Origin: the human T2T-CHM13v2.0 reference genome, Homo sapiens
Direction: 5' to 3' (one strand)
Assembly (NCBI RefSeq): GCF_009914755.1
Contig: NC_060947.1
Length of the DNA stretch: 64,000 nucleotides
The translations under genes were made by a program, and so were the position numbers. Positions 42,737 through 57,757 of this stretch are shown here, one piece after another. The notes below the pieces were generated by a model, which did no database searches, was not told the origin of the DNA, and saw only the letters and a program-made list of their open reading frames with translations. How positions within the stretch are numbered: the first letter of the stretch is position 1; every line of letters starts with the position of its first letter.

Positions 42737-43175
<439 letters not shown>

Positions 43176-44019
43176 CTAATTTTCCAACTCTATCTAACCC
43201 TAGAGAGCTGAGTCTCCATAGTTGGGTAAATCAGTTTTCTTTGAAGATGTGCTTTTAACCTTCTTTATCCCAAGTGATATCACGTCCTATGACATCCTAT
43301 GAGGGGTCTATCAGAACGTTTTCCACATAGTACAGAATCATAGTCTCTAAAACAATCCCTGCATCTCTCTGACTTTGTATACCCTTCCAGAAAGAATATT
43401 TATTGGTGATAATGGGAATCTGTTTTTGAAACTACTGTAGGCCTAGTGTGTTTAGATTAACTGTTATTGAATTGCATCCTGTATTTATTGATACAAAAAA
43501 CAAGTGCTTGGCAAGAACATGTAGAAAGGCCATTTCCCACTGAAGAAGACTGTCATGTTGAGATAGGAATGTATTGGATATTTAAGAATAGACTTTTTTA
43601 AAAAGCAAATAGAAAGAATGGACATTTAAGAATAGTTAAAAAGAGGATAAGACAATGAGATCACCCATGAAGGCAGGCATTATTTCATAGATCATAAGGT
43701 TTCATAGGAGGAAATATAAATTTGTAAAACGGAAGAGATTCACTGAGATTAAACTATGAGTTATCTCCATAGTCAAAAAATGAAATTTGTGTTTTCAGAG
43801 AAATAAAGATGGTCCTATATATGTTTTAGGAAACAATTGTCAGTCAACAGAAGTTTCAAAGAAGTAGAGATAGCCAGGATACTGAATATATTTGTGTAGG
43901 GGAGAAATTGAAATATTTGCTGCCATAAAATGTAGAGTCACTAGAAAAAAAAATAGGGAGGAAATTTCCTAAATCATGCATTTTTATCATTGTCACTGAG
44001 AAGAATGAGGCCACTTTAA

Positions 44020-44406
<387 letters not shown>

Positions 44407-44499
44407 TGAGAAGTCAATGAAATCAAGGATGTTCATGGAGTGCTGCAAGATAAATGACTGTAGTTTGGTTGTAGAGGAGGGCTGGGGCATGAAAAGAAG

Positions 44500-44583
44500 C
44501 TGGAGACAGAGAGAGAGAGAGAGAGGAAGAAGAAGAAGAAGAGGAAGGATAGAGAGAAAAGAGGAGGACAGGAGAGGAGAGAG
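44500..44583. repeat. GA/GAA-rich simple repeat
   Basis: Directly visible. Confidence 0.85.
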
Positions 44584-44720
44584 CCTGGGGCCAAATCCAT
44601 GGACAACAGGAGTAGTGTTTGGGAAACACTGGCTGCGGGAGGCACTTTGTGCAGCAAAGGTAATTGATTATTGATGGAGTTAGAGGGATAGATATTTCTA
44701 ACAGTATCAACATTTACTTT

Positions 44721-45063
<343 letters not shown>

Positions 45064-45101
45064 TCAGTAGAATGTACACAAGGAAGTGCATTGTATACAG
45101 T

Positions 45102-45533
45102 GTAGGAGTTTCCTAGAGCTGTCTTAGTACAAAAACTTGGGCACCCTAAAACCAAAGAAATGTATTCTCTCCCAGTTCTGGAGACCAGAAGTCTGAGATC
45201 AAGGTGTGGACAGGACTGTGCTCCCTCTGGAGGCTCTGGAGGAGGCTCCTTACTTCCTCTTCCAGCTCCTGGGGGCTCCAGGCGTCCCTGAGCTAGTGGC
45301 CACATGACTCCAGTCCCTGCCTCCATCTCCACGTGGCCTTCTCTGTGTCTGTGTCTCCTCTTCTGTCTCTTAGAAGGACACATGTCACTGGATGTAGGGC
45401 CCATTCTAATCCACTATGACCTCGTTTCAGTAATTACATCTGCAAAAACCCTTATTCCAAACAGGGCCACATTCACAGATTCTTGGGGTTAGATTTGGAT
45501 ATATCTTTTGAAGTGCCATGATTGAACCCACTC
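45102..45533 (-). mobile_element. MLT1C-like MaLR LTR
   Basis: tctctcccagttctggagaccagaagtctgagatcaaggtg...taattacatctgcaaaaacccttattccaaa. Confidence 0.85.
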
Positions 45534-45768
45534 AAGCCCTTGGGGAAACTCAGTAGAAGGTCGGATGTTTCAGAGGTGAGCAGTTGGTGTAAGAATGAGA
45601 AGGAGACCAACCCAAGACAATGTGATCCCTTCCATGGATTGAAGGTTGGGTGTAAGTGTGGAGAGAACATGTGGATTTACCTGTCATTTGGACAGAGGAC
45701 AGAGCATAATGATACCAATAGATTTCTCAGGAACTTCAGATAACATCATGGTTATACTGTTATGTGAG

Positions 45769-46123
45769 TGATATGATCTGGCTGTGTCCCCATCCAAATT
45801 TCATCGTGAATTATAGCTCCCACAATTTCCTCATGTCATGGGAGGGACCTGGTGGGAGGTAATTGAATCATGGGGGCAGGTCTTTCCCGTGCTGTTCTCG
45901 TGGTAGTGAATGAGTCTCATGAGATCTGATGGGTTTATAAAGGGGAGTTCCCCTGCACAAGCTCTATCTTGCCTGCTGCCATGTAAGATGTCCCTTGCTC
46001 GTCTACCATGATTGTGAGGCCTCCCCAGCCATGTGGAACTGTGAGTCCATTAAACCTATTCCCTTTATAAATTGCCCAGTCTAGTGTATGTCTTCATTAG
46101 CAGCATGAGAGCAGACTAATACA
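45769..46123 (+). mobile_element. THE1 solo LTR (THE1B/C-like)
   Basis: tgatatgatctggctgtgtcccca...cagactaataca; TSD GTGAG. Confidence 0.93.
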
Positions 46124-46599
46124 GTGAGTTTCAAGTTTCTGTACCTTTTACTTTTATTTACAAAGCGTGGATTTTGGCGTGAAATTCTGCTTTGCAGAAT
46201 GTGTTATTTACAAACTAATGTTTTTAGAGGGACTTCCGAGTACTAAAGAAAAAAAAATTAATGATGACCTTACGAAGTGAAGCAGGTATGAAAAATAGTA
46301 AGAGATGAAAACATACAATGGTGAAGAGGATATATTTGAGGTTAGGAAGCCTGTTAGAAAAAAAAAAAGAACATGTAGGGAATGGGGTAATTAGTCATAC
46401 CTACTCAGGTTGGCTTCTGAATTTCTACATTGTGTTTCTCCCTGGCCAGTATCCTTCGGTGCTCTTTAATTAATGTTAAATTGTACCCAAAAGAATGTGG
46501 TTAAGCAAGCTCAAAGAACCTCCTGCAGATGCTGGGAACGTCATTGGCTGGCCTCCATGTATCTGCAAAGAGATCAGCTGGTGAATGAAAACGCTCACT

Positions 46600-46874
46600 A
46601 CCCTAGAATCCTGGCACTTTGAGAGGCCAAGGTGAGCAAATCACTTGAGCCCAGGAGTTCAAGACCAACCTGGGCAACATAACAAGACCCCGTCTCTACA
46701 AAAAACATAAAAAGTAGCCAGGGATGGAGGTGCATGCCTTTAGTCCCAGCTTCTCAGGGGGCTGAGGCAGGAGGATCACTTAAGCCCGGAGGCAGTAGCT
46801 GCAGTGAACTGAGATCATGCCACTGCACTCTAGCCTAGGTGGCAGAGCAAGACTGTGAAAAGAAAAGAAAAGAA
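46600..46874 (+). mobile_element. AluJ, 5'-truncated
   Basis: TSD aaaa(c/t)gctcact. Confidence 0.88.
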
Positions 46875-47514
46875 AAAATGCTCACTGTCCTGGCTCAAAG
46901 TTCTAAAAGGTGATAAAATAAAAAGCATTCCTTTACAAAAAAAAATAAAGCAAATTTATCCATTTTTGAATAAGTTAAAGAAGAATAGTGTTTTATAAGA
47001 CAAAAAGTGCTTCCAGCTACAGTAGGATAACCTACTGACTTTCTTGCTGTGATCCATATTAATAGATGGAGATGTTGTCACAGATGGAGATGATGTCTCT
47101 GTCTCCACCTCAGAACGTTTCTTGAGCCTCCTTCACCATAACCTGCTTATTCTGTGGTTCCCTGCATGTTGACGCAGGCAGACTGCCAAAGGTTTATTGA
47201 TCATTCACTTTCAACAAGCCACATGGGAAGACTGCACATCTTGCAGATATTTTGTGGTCACCGCCGTGGGATTTAGTGCTTCTTGAGAGGAAAAAGCTTT
47301 GGGGAAATCGATCCTTCAGCAGCAGAGGATGCTTGTCACTTCCGAACCACCCTCAGCCCCTGATGCCCTCATAGGAGAATTAATTTGGCAACATCTTCAC
47401 TTGGGACGCCATATCTGTCATTCATATCCAACATGATTGTTGTTTCATTTATTCATTCATTCATTTTAGCTATCTGATAGAGACTATTTCTTTCTTTTCT
47501 CTTTTTCTTAAAGC

Positions 47515-48070
47515 TTTATCTATCATTTATTTATCTATCATCTATGTTCCATCTAGCTGCTATTATCTATCAATCATCTATGACCTATTTATCCATCTAT
47601 CTGTGTAGCTATTTGTCTATCATCTATCAATCACCTATCATCTATTTTCTATCATCTATATATCTATTTATAATCTATCTTCTATCTATCATCTATTTAT
47701 ATATTCATTATCTATCTTCTATTTATCATTTATCATCTATCAATCATCTAGCTATTTATGATCTATGTATGTGTTTATCCATAATCTACCTATTTATTAC
47801 CTATGCATCAATTATATTCTATCTATATGTCTATCTGTCTATTATCCATTATGTATCTATCAATCATCTATCGATCATCTATTCATTAATCATCTATCCA
47901 TCTATTTTCTAACTTCTATCTATTAATCTTCTATCATCCACCTATATATGAACTGTCTAACTTCTATCTATATGTGAATTATCTATTTATCATCTATCAT
48001 CTACTTATCTATCGGTGAATTATCCATTTATCCATCATCTGTCAATTCAATGTATTCATCTCTATATCTA
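47515..48070. repeat. Degenerate (TCTA/TCA)n tract, ~550 bp
   Basis: Continuous atctatc/atcatct units. Confidence 0.9.
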
Positions 48071-48579
48071 CTTCACCTTTTCTCTCTTACTGAGTTACAT
48101 GGGACCATACTTTCTTCCTTCCGATCTTCCACTTTCTTGCTTCCTCTTTCCCTACCCCAGGCCCCTGTTCCCTAATATAAAGATGTTTATTAAGCCAATA
48201 ATTGTCCACATTTCTCAAATTAATAATCAAGGTATATTTTTTATAATGTGTAGAGATGAAGAAAGAAAAGAGACAATAAAACGAGGATAAAGTAAAAAAG
48301 AGAAATAAGTGTTAGGGAGGTGGGGAAGAAAAAGAAGAGAAACATACAACCTTTGAACCTCGGTGGGATTTTTTCTTTTCTTGTTATTTTGTTATTTATT
48401 TGCTTAACTATCAGTCTCCATGATTATTTGTATCTTATATGAACCTCCAGGACTAGCAAGGGTGACTTCTGGCATTTTCCCTGTGCTTTATGAAATAGGA
48501 CATATAAAAGAAGCTTGAACCATTTTTTTTTTCAAAAAATGTAGATCTTGTAGATTTTAATTTTTCAAGTTTTCTTTTT

Positions 48580-48954
48580 TAACTTTAAAAAAATATAATT
48601 TTAACTGCTATTTTAGATGGAGAGGGTGCATGTGCAGATTTGTTGCATGGATATATGGTATGATGCTGAGGTTTGTGATATGAATGATACTGTCAAACAG
48701 GTAGTGAGCATACCAATAGGTAGTTTTGCAGCCCTTGCCCCTCTCCCTCTCTCTGCACTCTAGTAGTCCCCAGTGTCTATTATTCCCATCTTTATGTTCA
48801 TGTGTACCCAATATTTAGCTCCCACCTATAAGTGAGAACATGTGGTATTTGATTTTCTGTTCCTGCATTAATTCGCTTAGGATCATGGCCTCTAGCTGCA
48901 TCTATATTGCTGCAAAGGACAGGATTTCATTCTTTTTTATGGTAGTATTCCATG
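48580..48954 (-). mobile_element. L1PA15/16-type 3' end
   Basis: catgtgcagatttgttgcatggatata...ttagctcccacctataagtgagaacatgtggtatttg. Confidence 0.88.
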
Positions 48955-49137
48955 TCGAACCACAACTTTCAATGCAAATTGGAGATGTTTGTAAACCTGG
49001 AAATACAACGTATGGTAAGGTGAGGTGGCATTTTAATGATTTATGCTTATTTTTGCTCCAAGTATGGTTTGTTATCTTACATCCATAACCCCAATAACCC
49101 TGATGACTTTCTTTCTCCCCAAATTCCATGCATCCTA

Positions 49138-49620
49138 TTGTATGCACATAATGGTTTAGACCAACACACACTTTTTTTTCTTTAGCTCAGAGTTCTGTAG
49201 GTTGGAAATCCAGTTGCATGTGGCTGGATTCTTTGTTCACAGTCTTGCCCTCAATAAGCCTGGGTTGGGCTCTTAACTGCAGGCTCTCAGAAGAGTGTTC
49301 CTTTGGGTTGTTGGCAGAATTCAGTTTTGTATGGTTGTAGAACATTCTTCTTTTCCTTAGCAGCTATCAGCCAAGGAATGCTTATGGAAACCAATTACAT
49401 TCCTTGGCATGGGGTCCCTTCAAAGCCAAAGATAGCAGATCAGATCCTTCTCAACCTGTGGATTTCTCTGACTTGCTCATCTGCCAGCAGCTAGAGAAAC
49501 ACTCTGCTTTTTTAGGCCTCGTGTGATTAGATCATGCCCACCAGGATAATATCTTTATCTTCATTAATTTTCATTTAAACATGTCTTACATCTGAAATGT
49601 ACTCATATAGCATGAATTGT
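49138..49620 (-). mobile_element. MLT1D/E-like LTR fragment
   Basis: gctcagagttctgtaggttggaaatcc; gttgttggcagaattcagtt; gtgattagatcatgcccaccaggataat. Confidence 0.6.
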
Positions 49621-49644
49621 GGGTATGGGCTGACTTACTTCTAA

Positions 49645-49833
49645 GTGGGCAATGAACATTTTTTGTTTTGGTAAATATTTTAGGCTTTGCAGACCACATG
49701 GGCTCTCTCATTACAGTGACAAAGAAGGCACAGCAAGCACACACACAAGTGGTCATGTTCCAATAAAACTTTACTTACAAAAACACATGGAGGGCCAGAT
49801 TTAGCCCTTCAGCTGCACTTTGCTGCCCATTGT
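49645..49833 (-). mobile_element. MER58A-like DNA transposon
   Basis: gtaaatattttaggctttgcagaccacat...gttccaataaaactttacttacaaaaac...gggccagattt. Confidence 0.75.
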
Positions 49834-50192
49834 TCTAGATGGAGAGGTACATTAGCCAAGCCTATCTATCAAATTGGCTGTCCTTTTACCAGTCCATCAA
49901 AAGGCTACATTTTTCATATGTGTTAAATAAATTCATATGTATTTATAACCTCTGCAGCCCATCATATTTGGTAAATTTTCCACTGTGTTCCAACCCTATT
50001 GCTGAAAATAACTAGAAAATCTGGCCATGATATATAAAGAATACTCAGTGTTAAGGGAGCAGAGAGCTAGTAGAAGATTGGTCCTGAGAGATCAGCATAA
50101 TAGAAAAAAAGGAAACAGATGAGAGAAGCATTGATTCTGAGTTATATGGTCCATCTGTAAACAGATTTGCACCTGTCTATTAAGATAGGAAG

Positions 50193-50320
50193 AAGCCCAG
50201 TCACAGTGGCTCACAGCTGTAATCACAGCACTTTGGGACGCTGAGGTAGGAGGATCGCTTGAGCCCAGGAGTTGGAGACCAGTTTGGGCAGCATAGCAAG
50301 GCCTCATCTCAAAAAATAAT
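50193..50320 (+). mobile_element. Alu monomer (FLAM/AluJ fragment)
   Basis: cagtggctcacagctgtaatcacagcactttggg...gggcagcatagcaagg. Confidence 0.85.
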
Positions 50321-50639
50321 TAAATTTTTTTTTTCCTAAAATAAAATAGAATAAATAACATAGTGAGAAGATGAACAGAAAACACCATCAAGCAGTATAA
50401 TTTTTCTGAAGTAAAATTATAAGGTAGAAGGGGAAAAAAACTGGAGATCAAAGTCCATGAATGTGGACAACATGATAACACCATGTGGATAACATGAGAC
50501 TCTTGGTAAAGGCTGGATGTTAAGAGTAGGGGAAAGTTAGCAATAGAAAAGCTTTCAGAAATGCTGCAGTACCAGTACAGGCACTAAGTGGCTCCATTCC
50601 TATTTGAATTCAGGAAATATTCTCTCACCCTAACTGCTT

Positions 50640-53395
50640 GACAGAAAAATAAGTCCTTTCTGGAAGAATAAGATATACAAAAAAGAAATTTAAAAAAACA
50701 TAAAAGAATATTATATAAAATGTCCAGAATTCACTCAAAGTTATCAAGTATATTAATAAAATAAAAGGCAAGGAAAAGTAAAACTTACAGGCAATATAAA
50801 TAGCTCTATGTGATATCAAAATATTGATTGTTAAATTCAACTTTTAAATAACTATGATTAATATATAAAGAAATTAGAAGACCAGATGAAACATTCTGGT
50901 AGGTAACTAAACAATTTTAAAAAGAATCAAGTGAAAGTTCTACAGCTGAAAAACTCCCGATCTGAAGTAGGAAACTAAATAGGCTTAACAGCAGTGTAGA
51001 TTCTGTTGAAGAAATGGTTAGTGACTTGGAAGACTGATTGAAAGAAAATACCCAGAAAGAAAGATGGCAAGTGAAAACAAAGGGTGGAAAATACAGAAGA
51101 AAGAGCCTAAGAAACTTATGAAACTGGGTAAACACTGCCAAAATGCATGTAATTGGAGAGTATTTGAAGGGGAAATAGAAGACAGTCAATGACAAACAGT
51201 TAACAGAAGTTGCCAAAGGATTTTACAAAACTGACAAAAGCATCAAATAGAGAATTAAGCAGAACTACAAAGCCCGAACAAGAAACAAAGTAAACATCAC
51301 AACACATATCAGAATGACAAACCAAAGACATAGAAAAACATCTCAAGGCAGCCATTGGTGAGGAAAAGCACATGACTTTCATAGAAGGAACAAGACAGGT
51401 AGAAATAATGAAATGCTGGAAAAAAAAAAAAAAGAACTTCATCAAAGTGTCACAAAAATACGGTGCCATCCTAGAAATTAATGGCCAATGAATATGCCTT
51501 TGGGAACATTAGCCAAATATATACATTTTCCAAAACAATGAAACTTACAAATTTATCAGCAGACCAGATCTAAGGGAAATACTCAATTTTTAAAAACCAA
51601 TGGAAAGTAGTGCCAGATTGAGGCCCAGAAATGGTTGAAAATTTCAGCACAGTTGAATGCATGAGCAATATGGGTTTTATAAAACCATATTAATAACGTC
51701 TTACTTATGTATATGTGTGTAAAGGAAGTTAAAACAGTAAAAGAAGATGAGAGATAATAAATTATCATACAGTATCCTTGTAAGTTAATTGCATTTTCTG
51801 GAAAGTGATGTGGTAAACATGCTAATTTTTGTTAGACTTGTAGAAGGCATTGTTTCTTTGTGTATCTTCCAGAGTAACTACAAAAAGTAGTGTGAATAAA
51901 ATTTAAAAGAAGTAAAAATGATTTAATAAATACAAAAATGCATAATAATTATTTAATTTCTTCACAAAATGTAAATGTGCCTTTATATCATAAATACAAG
52001 TTGTCCAAAGAGTACAATTAAAGGGAATTCTCATACTGAGTAAAAATAAAATCCAAAGATATGCTGCTTCCATGACACAAACACAAAGCACAAAAATAGA
52101 CAAAGATTAAAATTATAAGTACAGAAAAATGTATATTAACTAAAAACTAACCATTAAAAAATATATGTAGTAATACTAGTATCAGTCAAAGTAAAACACA
52201 AGGCAAACCAATTACTAAAATTAAGGAGGGCTATTTCAAATTTAACAGGAAGCCATAAAGTTATAAATCCATTGGTGACTCAGAAGAGAGGTTCAAACTC
52301 TGTAAATCAAAATGTCACATATCATAGATGAGAAATAGACACATTCATGATGGTCAACTATTTTAATACATCGATCACAGTGCCTGATTGAACAAGAAGG
52401 CACATAATTAGAAATGATAAGGAAGAATTGGAAACACAAGTGACTTAATTGGCATATGTAGGGCAATGCAGCCAGTGACCACATAGTTCTTATTTGTGTC
52501 AAATGCCCAAGGGACGTGCATCAACATTGACCATATGCTGCACTGTAAAACAAATGTTGACACATTTTATAGGAATGAAAATATCAAAGCGATGTGCTCT
52601 CATCACAATGGAATTAGCAGCAATTCAAGGGCACAAATACAACTAGAAAAACCCAAATGTTTGTAAATTAAACGACACATAATCAACTCAGGAGTTAAAG
52701 AAGATACACACGGGTGATTAGAAAATATTTTAAATTTAATGATAATTAAAATGTGACATATGAAACCCTGTGAATACATCCATATTTAGGCTTGGAAAGA
52801 TAAATGCAGCTGTCTCAGTTTGTTTGGGCTGTTGTAACAAAGCACTATAAACTGAGTGGCTTATAATAAATGACTGAAATTTATAACTCATATTGCTGGA
52901 CCCTGGGAAGTTCAAGATCAAGATACCAGCAGATTCAGTGCCTGGTGAGGATTCACTTCCTAACTTATACAAGGCACCTTCTCGCTGTGTCCTCACATAT
53001 TGGAAGAGGCAAGGGAGCTCTCTTTGGTTTCTTTTATGAGGGCACTAATTCCCTTCATTAGGGCTCCACCCTTATGACCTAGTCACCTTCCAAAGGCCCC
53101 ACCTCCTAATGCTGTCATATTGAGTATTAGGTTCTAACATGAATTTTAGGGGGATACCAATGTTCAGACCATAGCAACAGCCTTCGTTGCCTATAATGGT
53201 TAATTAATGCTGAATATTTATTACTATAAATCACTGTTGATAAATAAGAATTAATTAATGCAGAAAATTGATGCTGTAAGTATCTGAGCCATCTAGAAAA
53301 AAATTCAACCTCTTGAACGCAAGATATTAGAAGAAGGTAAATTAAAGTAAGAGAAAATATTAATAAAATAAAAAAAAAGAAATCACTTCCAAAAT
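50640..53395 (+). mobile_element. Old L1M with decayed ORF1 and ORF2-endonuclease remnants
   Basis: A-rich sense strand; ORF1-like aggcttaacagcagtgtagattctgttgaagaaatggttagtgacttggaagac; EN-like gaccatatgctgcactgtaaaacaa and ctcatcacaatggaattag; no open frame remains. Confidence 0.7.
52811..53176 (-). mobile_element. MLT1A/A0 solo LTR inserted in L1
   Basis: tgtctcagtttgtttgggctg...ttcagaccatagca; TSD gcagc/acagc. Confidence 0.88.
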
Positions 53396-53399
53396 TGTG

Positions 53400-54970
53400 A
53401 AAACCTCTGAAAATCCTCCCCTCCTTAAAAGCAAAGAGAGCACTTGGAAATGTTGTCAAAATAAGAATGTTCAGAATGCTAATAATTAACCAAAAGCTTT
53501 CAACAGTCAGAGGCGGATTGATTTAAGAAGGATAGTTGAATTTTGGTAAGGGCAGAAGGCTTTGTGGTGTTTTAACATGGTCTATTCTCCTTGTCTTCTC
53601 CCCAATTTCATGGTAGCCTTGTACTCCAGCCTTGAAGGCCGTATAGCTGTGAAAACTAACAGCCTAATAGCCACTGAGAGGGGACAGAACGAGAATGGAG
53701 CTCCTCAAAAAGCTCCATGTAGAGAAAACTTTGTGCATTTGACCTGGTAGCTCCCCGGAAAAGCTCCATTTATGGAATTTGTTTTTATTTGACTTGACAA
53801 AGAGGTTGCACAGTGGGAAAAGATGTTTCCCCACTTTGCCTAGCAACAGCAGCATACACATTCTTCTCAAGTGCCCATGCAACTTATTCTTAGGCAGACC
53901 ATGGGTTAGGTCATACAACAAGACTAAGTGAAGTTAAGGGAATTGAAATTGTACAAAGTATGTCTCTGACCCTAGAGGAAATAAATTATAAATTAAGAGC
54001 AGAGAGAAATTTGGAAAATTTGCAAATACGTGGAAATTAAACAGCACACTCATAAATAACCAATGGGTCAAATATGGAATTAGGAAAGCCTTTAGACAAT
54101 GATGTGAGACCAATGAAAAGCATGGCATACCAAAATGAACAGGATTTTATACATTATATAGAGGTAAAGTAGTGCTTAAAGGTCAATTTATAGCTGTAAA
54201 TGTCTACATGTAAAATTAAGAATATCTCAAAGCAGTTCTCTAACCATTCACCTTTAGATCATAGATTAAGAACAGAAAATTAAACCAAACATGAGCAGGA
54301 GGGAAGAAATAATTAATATTGGATTGGAAATAAATAAAATAGAGAACAGAAAAACAGTAAAGAAACTTAATGAAATCAAAGGTCGATTATTTGAAAAGAT
54401 AAACAAAATTGGCAATTCTTTAGTTACGTTGACCAGAAAAATGATTTAAGTAGTTGACATCAGAAATAAAAGAGGGACATTACTACTGACCTTACGGAAA
54501 TTTTAAAAATGAGTATAATACAATGAATAATCATAAAATATATATGAGGCAATCTAGGTGAAATGGATGGATTCCTAAAAAAGACAGAAACTACTGGGAC
54601 TAATTTAAAACAACAGAAAATCTGAATAGGCCTATGAACTAAAGGGAGTGAAATAGTGATTAAAAACAAAGAAAAAAACAAAACTGCAAAATTTCCTTCA
54701 AAGAAAAGCCCAAGACCAGATGACGCTGTCAATGAAAATGAATACCATAACTTCATGAACGCTTTTGAAAATGAGCACAGGAGAAAACTTTTCCAAAGTC
54801 ATCCTATGAGGGCAGGATAGTCCTGATAACAAAGCCAGGCAAAGCTATCACAAGGAAACAAAATTACAATCAATATGCCTTATGAACATATGTACAACAA
54901 TCATCAATAATATTTTAGCAAACCAAATTCAGTACCATATAAAAAGGACTTTGCACCATGACCAAATGAC
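53400..54970 (+). mobile_element. Second L1M piece (5'UTR-like segment joined to ORF2 remnant)
   Basis: cattcttctcaagtgcccatg; tggaaattaaacagcacactcataaataaccaatgggtcaaa; agaaaagcccaagaccagatg; ttagcaaaccaaattcag...ccatgaccaa. Confidence 0.75.
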
Positions 54971-56374
54971 ACAGAGATATATTTTGGTAAAATTTCATTG
55001 ATATGGAGTACATTTTAGAAGTCTCCACAAGGGAACAGCATTTCCTGAATATGAAAGGAAATCATCTTAGGAATGTGGATGAACATCACTCCATTCCTGA
55101 ATGCAATGAGATAAGTCTGCAAACTGAGGGTGGATTTCTGTACCCATCCATGAAACACTCACCTAGCAGAGCTGACAGTCCGGTTTCACACTTGCCAGGA
55201 TGCAGTTTCCATATGACATTTATTTTCCTCATGTGAATATTAAGTGAGTATCGCAATGCAGAAACTGACTAGCCAAATATACATTGCGTGGTACCTGAGA
55301 TCTTAACAGAGAGTGAGGTAAGAAAATAGTAAGAATACACATAGACTCACAACACATTTTATACAGCTTGGATTGATAATATGTGCTAAATAAGAAACCA
55401 TTATGGCATATGTATATTCATAAGGAGAAAACGATTAGAAGCTTGGGAGAATACATTTTAAAGTATTTCAGCAAAACCTGGGTTTTCATCAGAGTATGGA
55501 TATGGGCATTTAAAAGCATTATTAATGCAAAATCCCAAGTAAGGAGTAGAGAAAATGTGACTCGTTGATTGAAATGTCCTGCAAAAGGAACATAGTTGAC
55601 ATTTCATTAGATAAGGTGATGGATTCATATAGTTTATAGAGAAGTGTTTGAGTTGAGAATTAAACCATGAACTCAATTTAAAAGTGTTGCAGAAAATGGC
55701 TTTTAGTCATAAATACAATCATCCCCCACACATAACCAGAGAACTGCAAACATTAGCTACAAATATGCATTTTTCAACTATTAGCAAAGATTACAAAGTT
55801 TCATAATATGTTGGTGAAAGCTTGGGGAGCTAAAGAAAAAAAGTCTTCCAGATATTTTGGACTATGGTGTCCATTGATTTGACTTCTTTAAGGGACTTTT
55901 TTTTTTTTTTTGGTGCAATATTTGCAAAGTTAAAAACGTATCATTGTTCCTTCCATTGTGATTGTTGGAATTCATCTTAACACATTCTCAAATGTGCCCC
56001 AAAATATTAATGTAAAATAATGCAGCATTATTTGAAGTAGAAATATATTATAATGAGTCAAATTTCTGTATGATTTAAACAAATTGTACCACATCAATAT
56101 TGTAGAAGAAAATGCAGACCCTATAAAAATAAAGGTGATCTATATTTAATAATTTAAAAAGATTTAATAGAGGTATAAGTATAGGCATCTCTAGAACAAA
56201 ATTAAAATATATTGCATAGAGTATGCTATGATAATATATGAGTAGACCAAATAACAAAGGAAGGACGTGTTTCAAGTGACTACTTAAGAGGGGAAAATGG
56301 GAGCTCAAATATAGGAACAGCACTTACTTTCAATTGTGTATTATTGTATGTTTTTTAACTTGGCACATGAACTT

Positions 56375-56498
56375 TATGCATGTATATAATATATATTTTA
56401 TATATATAATATAAATGTGATGTGTTTATATTTTGTATATAATATCAATGTGATATGTTTATATTAATTTATATATTATATATATTTATAAATATATC
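56375..56498. repeat. AT-rich low-complexity tract
   Basis: Directly visible; includes a ~32-bp near-duplication. Confidence 0.8.
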
Positions 56499-56722
56499 TG
56501 TCCAATTTCCAAATTAGAGTGGGAATTAGATCAAGATTAAAGTGTGATTTGAAATTTGGTCAAGCTACAAAAAATGTAAATATAAATGTAAATAAAGAAG
56601 AAACAATGGCCCAGCATAAAAACAATGTGCATAGAGTAAGATAAAAGATGAAAACGATCAGGTACTGTATTAAATATGTTATCTCAATAAATATGGAGAA
56701 AATCAATTTTCCTATCAAACTA

Positions 56723-57069
<347 letters not shown>

Positions 57070-57239
57070 AGATAAAATGTATTTGCAATGCTTTTGAAAT
57101 GATACACAGTAAAGCAATTAAAAAGGAAAACAATAAACTAAGACACAAGAAAATACCCACATGGAAATGTAAATTTTAAGAAAAGGATTGATTGGTCGTG
57201 TTCACAGCAGATGGAGCAGAATTGAGGTTCTTCATTGAG

Positions 57240-57602
57240 ATTTGGAAGATAAATGCTGGGACCCCCAGCCTTGAATAAACACAGATGGGTGCATGCAATA
57301 AAAAAGCCTCTGCTCTTTTCTGGCTTTGAACATTGTATGTATATTATGTGATACTCAGAGCCACTGCAGCCACTTTGAGGACAAAACAATTGCAATAAGA
57401 AAAAGAAGAGTTAAAAAAAAAAAAGGCAAAGAAAGAAACTGATTAAGACCCCTGGAATTGTTGAGTTGCTGAATTAACAGGTCCTGGAAGTGTTTTCTGG
57501 CCTCTTTCTTTTTACCTGAGAAATATAAACCCTTATTGTTCAAGCTACTTTTATTTAGTTATGTTTTTAATTATTAAATTTGAAAGCATCCTAAGTGCTA
57601 TA
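57240..57602 (+). mobile_element. Old MLT1 (J/K/L-like) LTR fragment
   Basis: actgcagccactttgag; attgttgagttgctgaattaac; ataaacccttattgttcaagctact; gaaagcatcctaa. Confidence 0.6.
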
Positions 57603-57634
57603 TTGTGTTTTGGGAAAAAAAGGTATAAGGTATA

Positions 57635-57757
57635 AATCATAAATATATCTATATTATATATACAGATATATATGATACATATCTATGTATCTATATGTCA
57701 TATATATGATATGTATTTATCTATATATCACATATATCATATGTATATGATATATGT
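57635..57757. repeat. (TA)n-like low-complexity tract
   Basis: Directly visible. Confidence 0.85.

Noticed and set aside
46020-46032. PRDM9 hotspot 13-mer in the THE1 LTRs
   Set aside because: Copies read CCTCCCCAGCCAT or are further mutated, lacking the T required by CCNCCNTNNCCNC.
47544-47912. 122-aa hydrophobic ORF
   Set aside because: Translation of the TCTA simple repeat.
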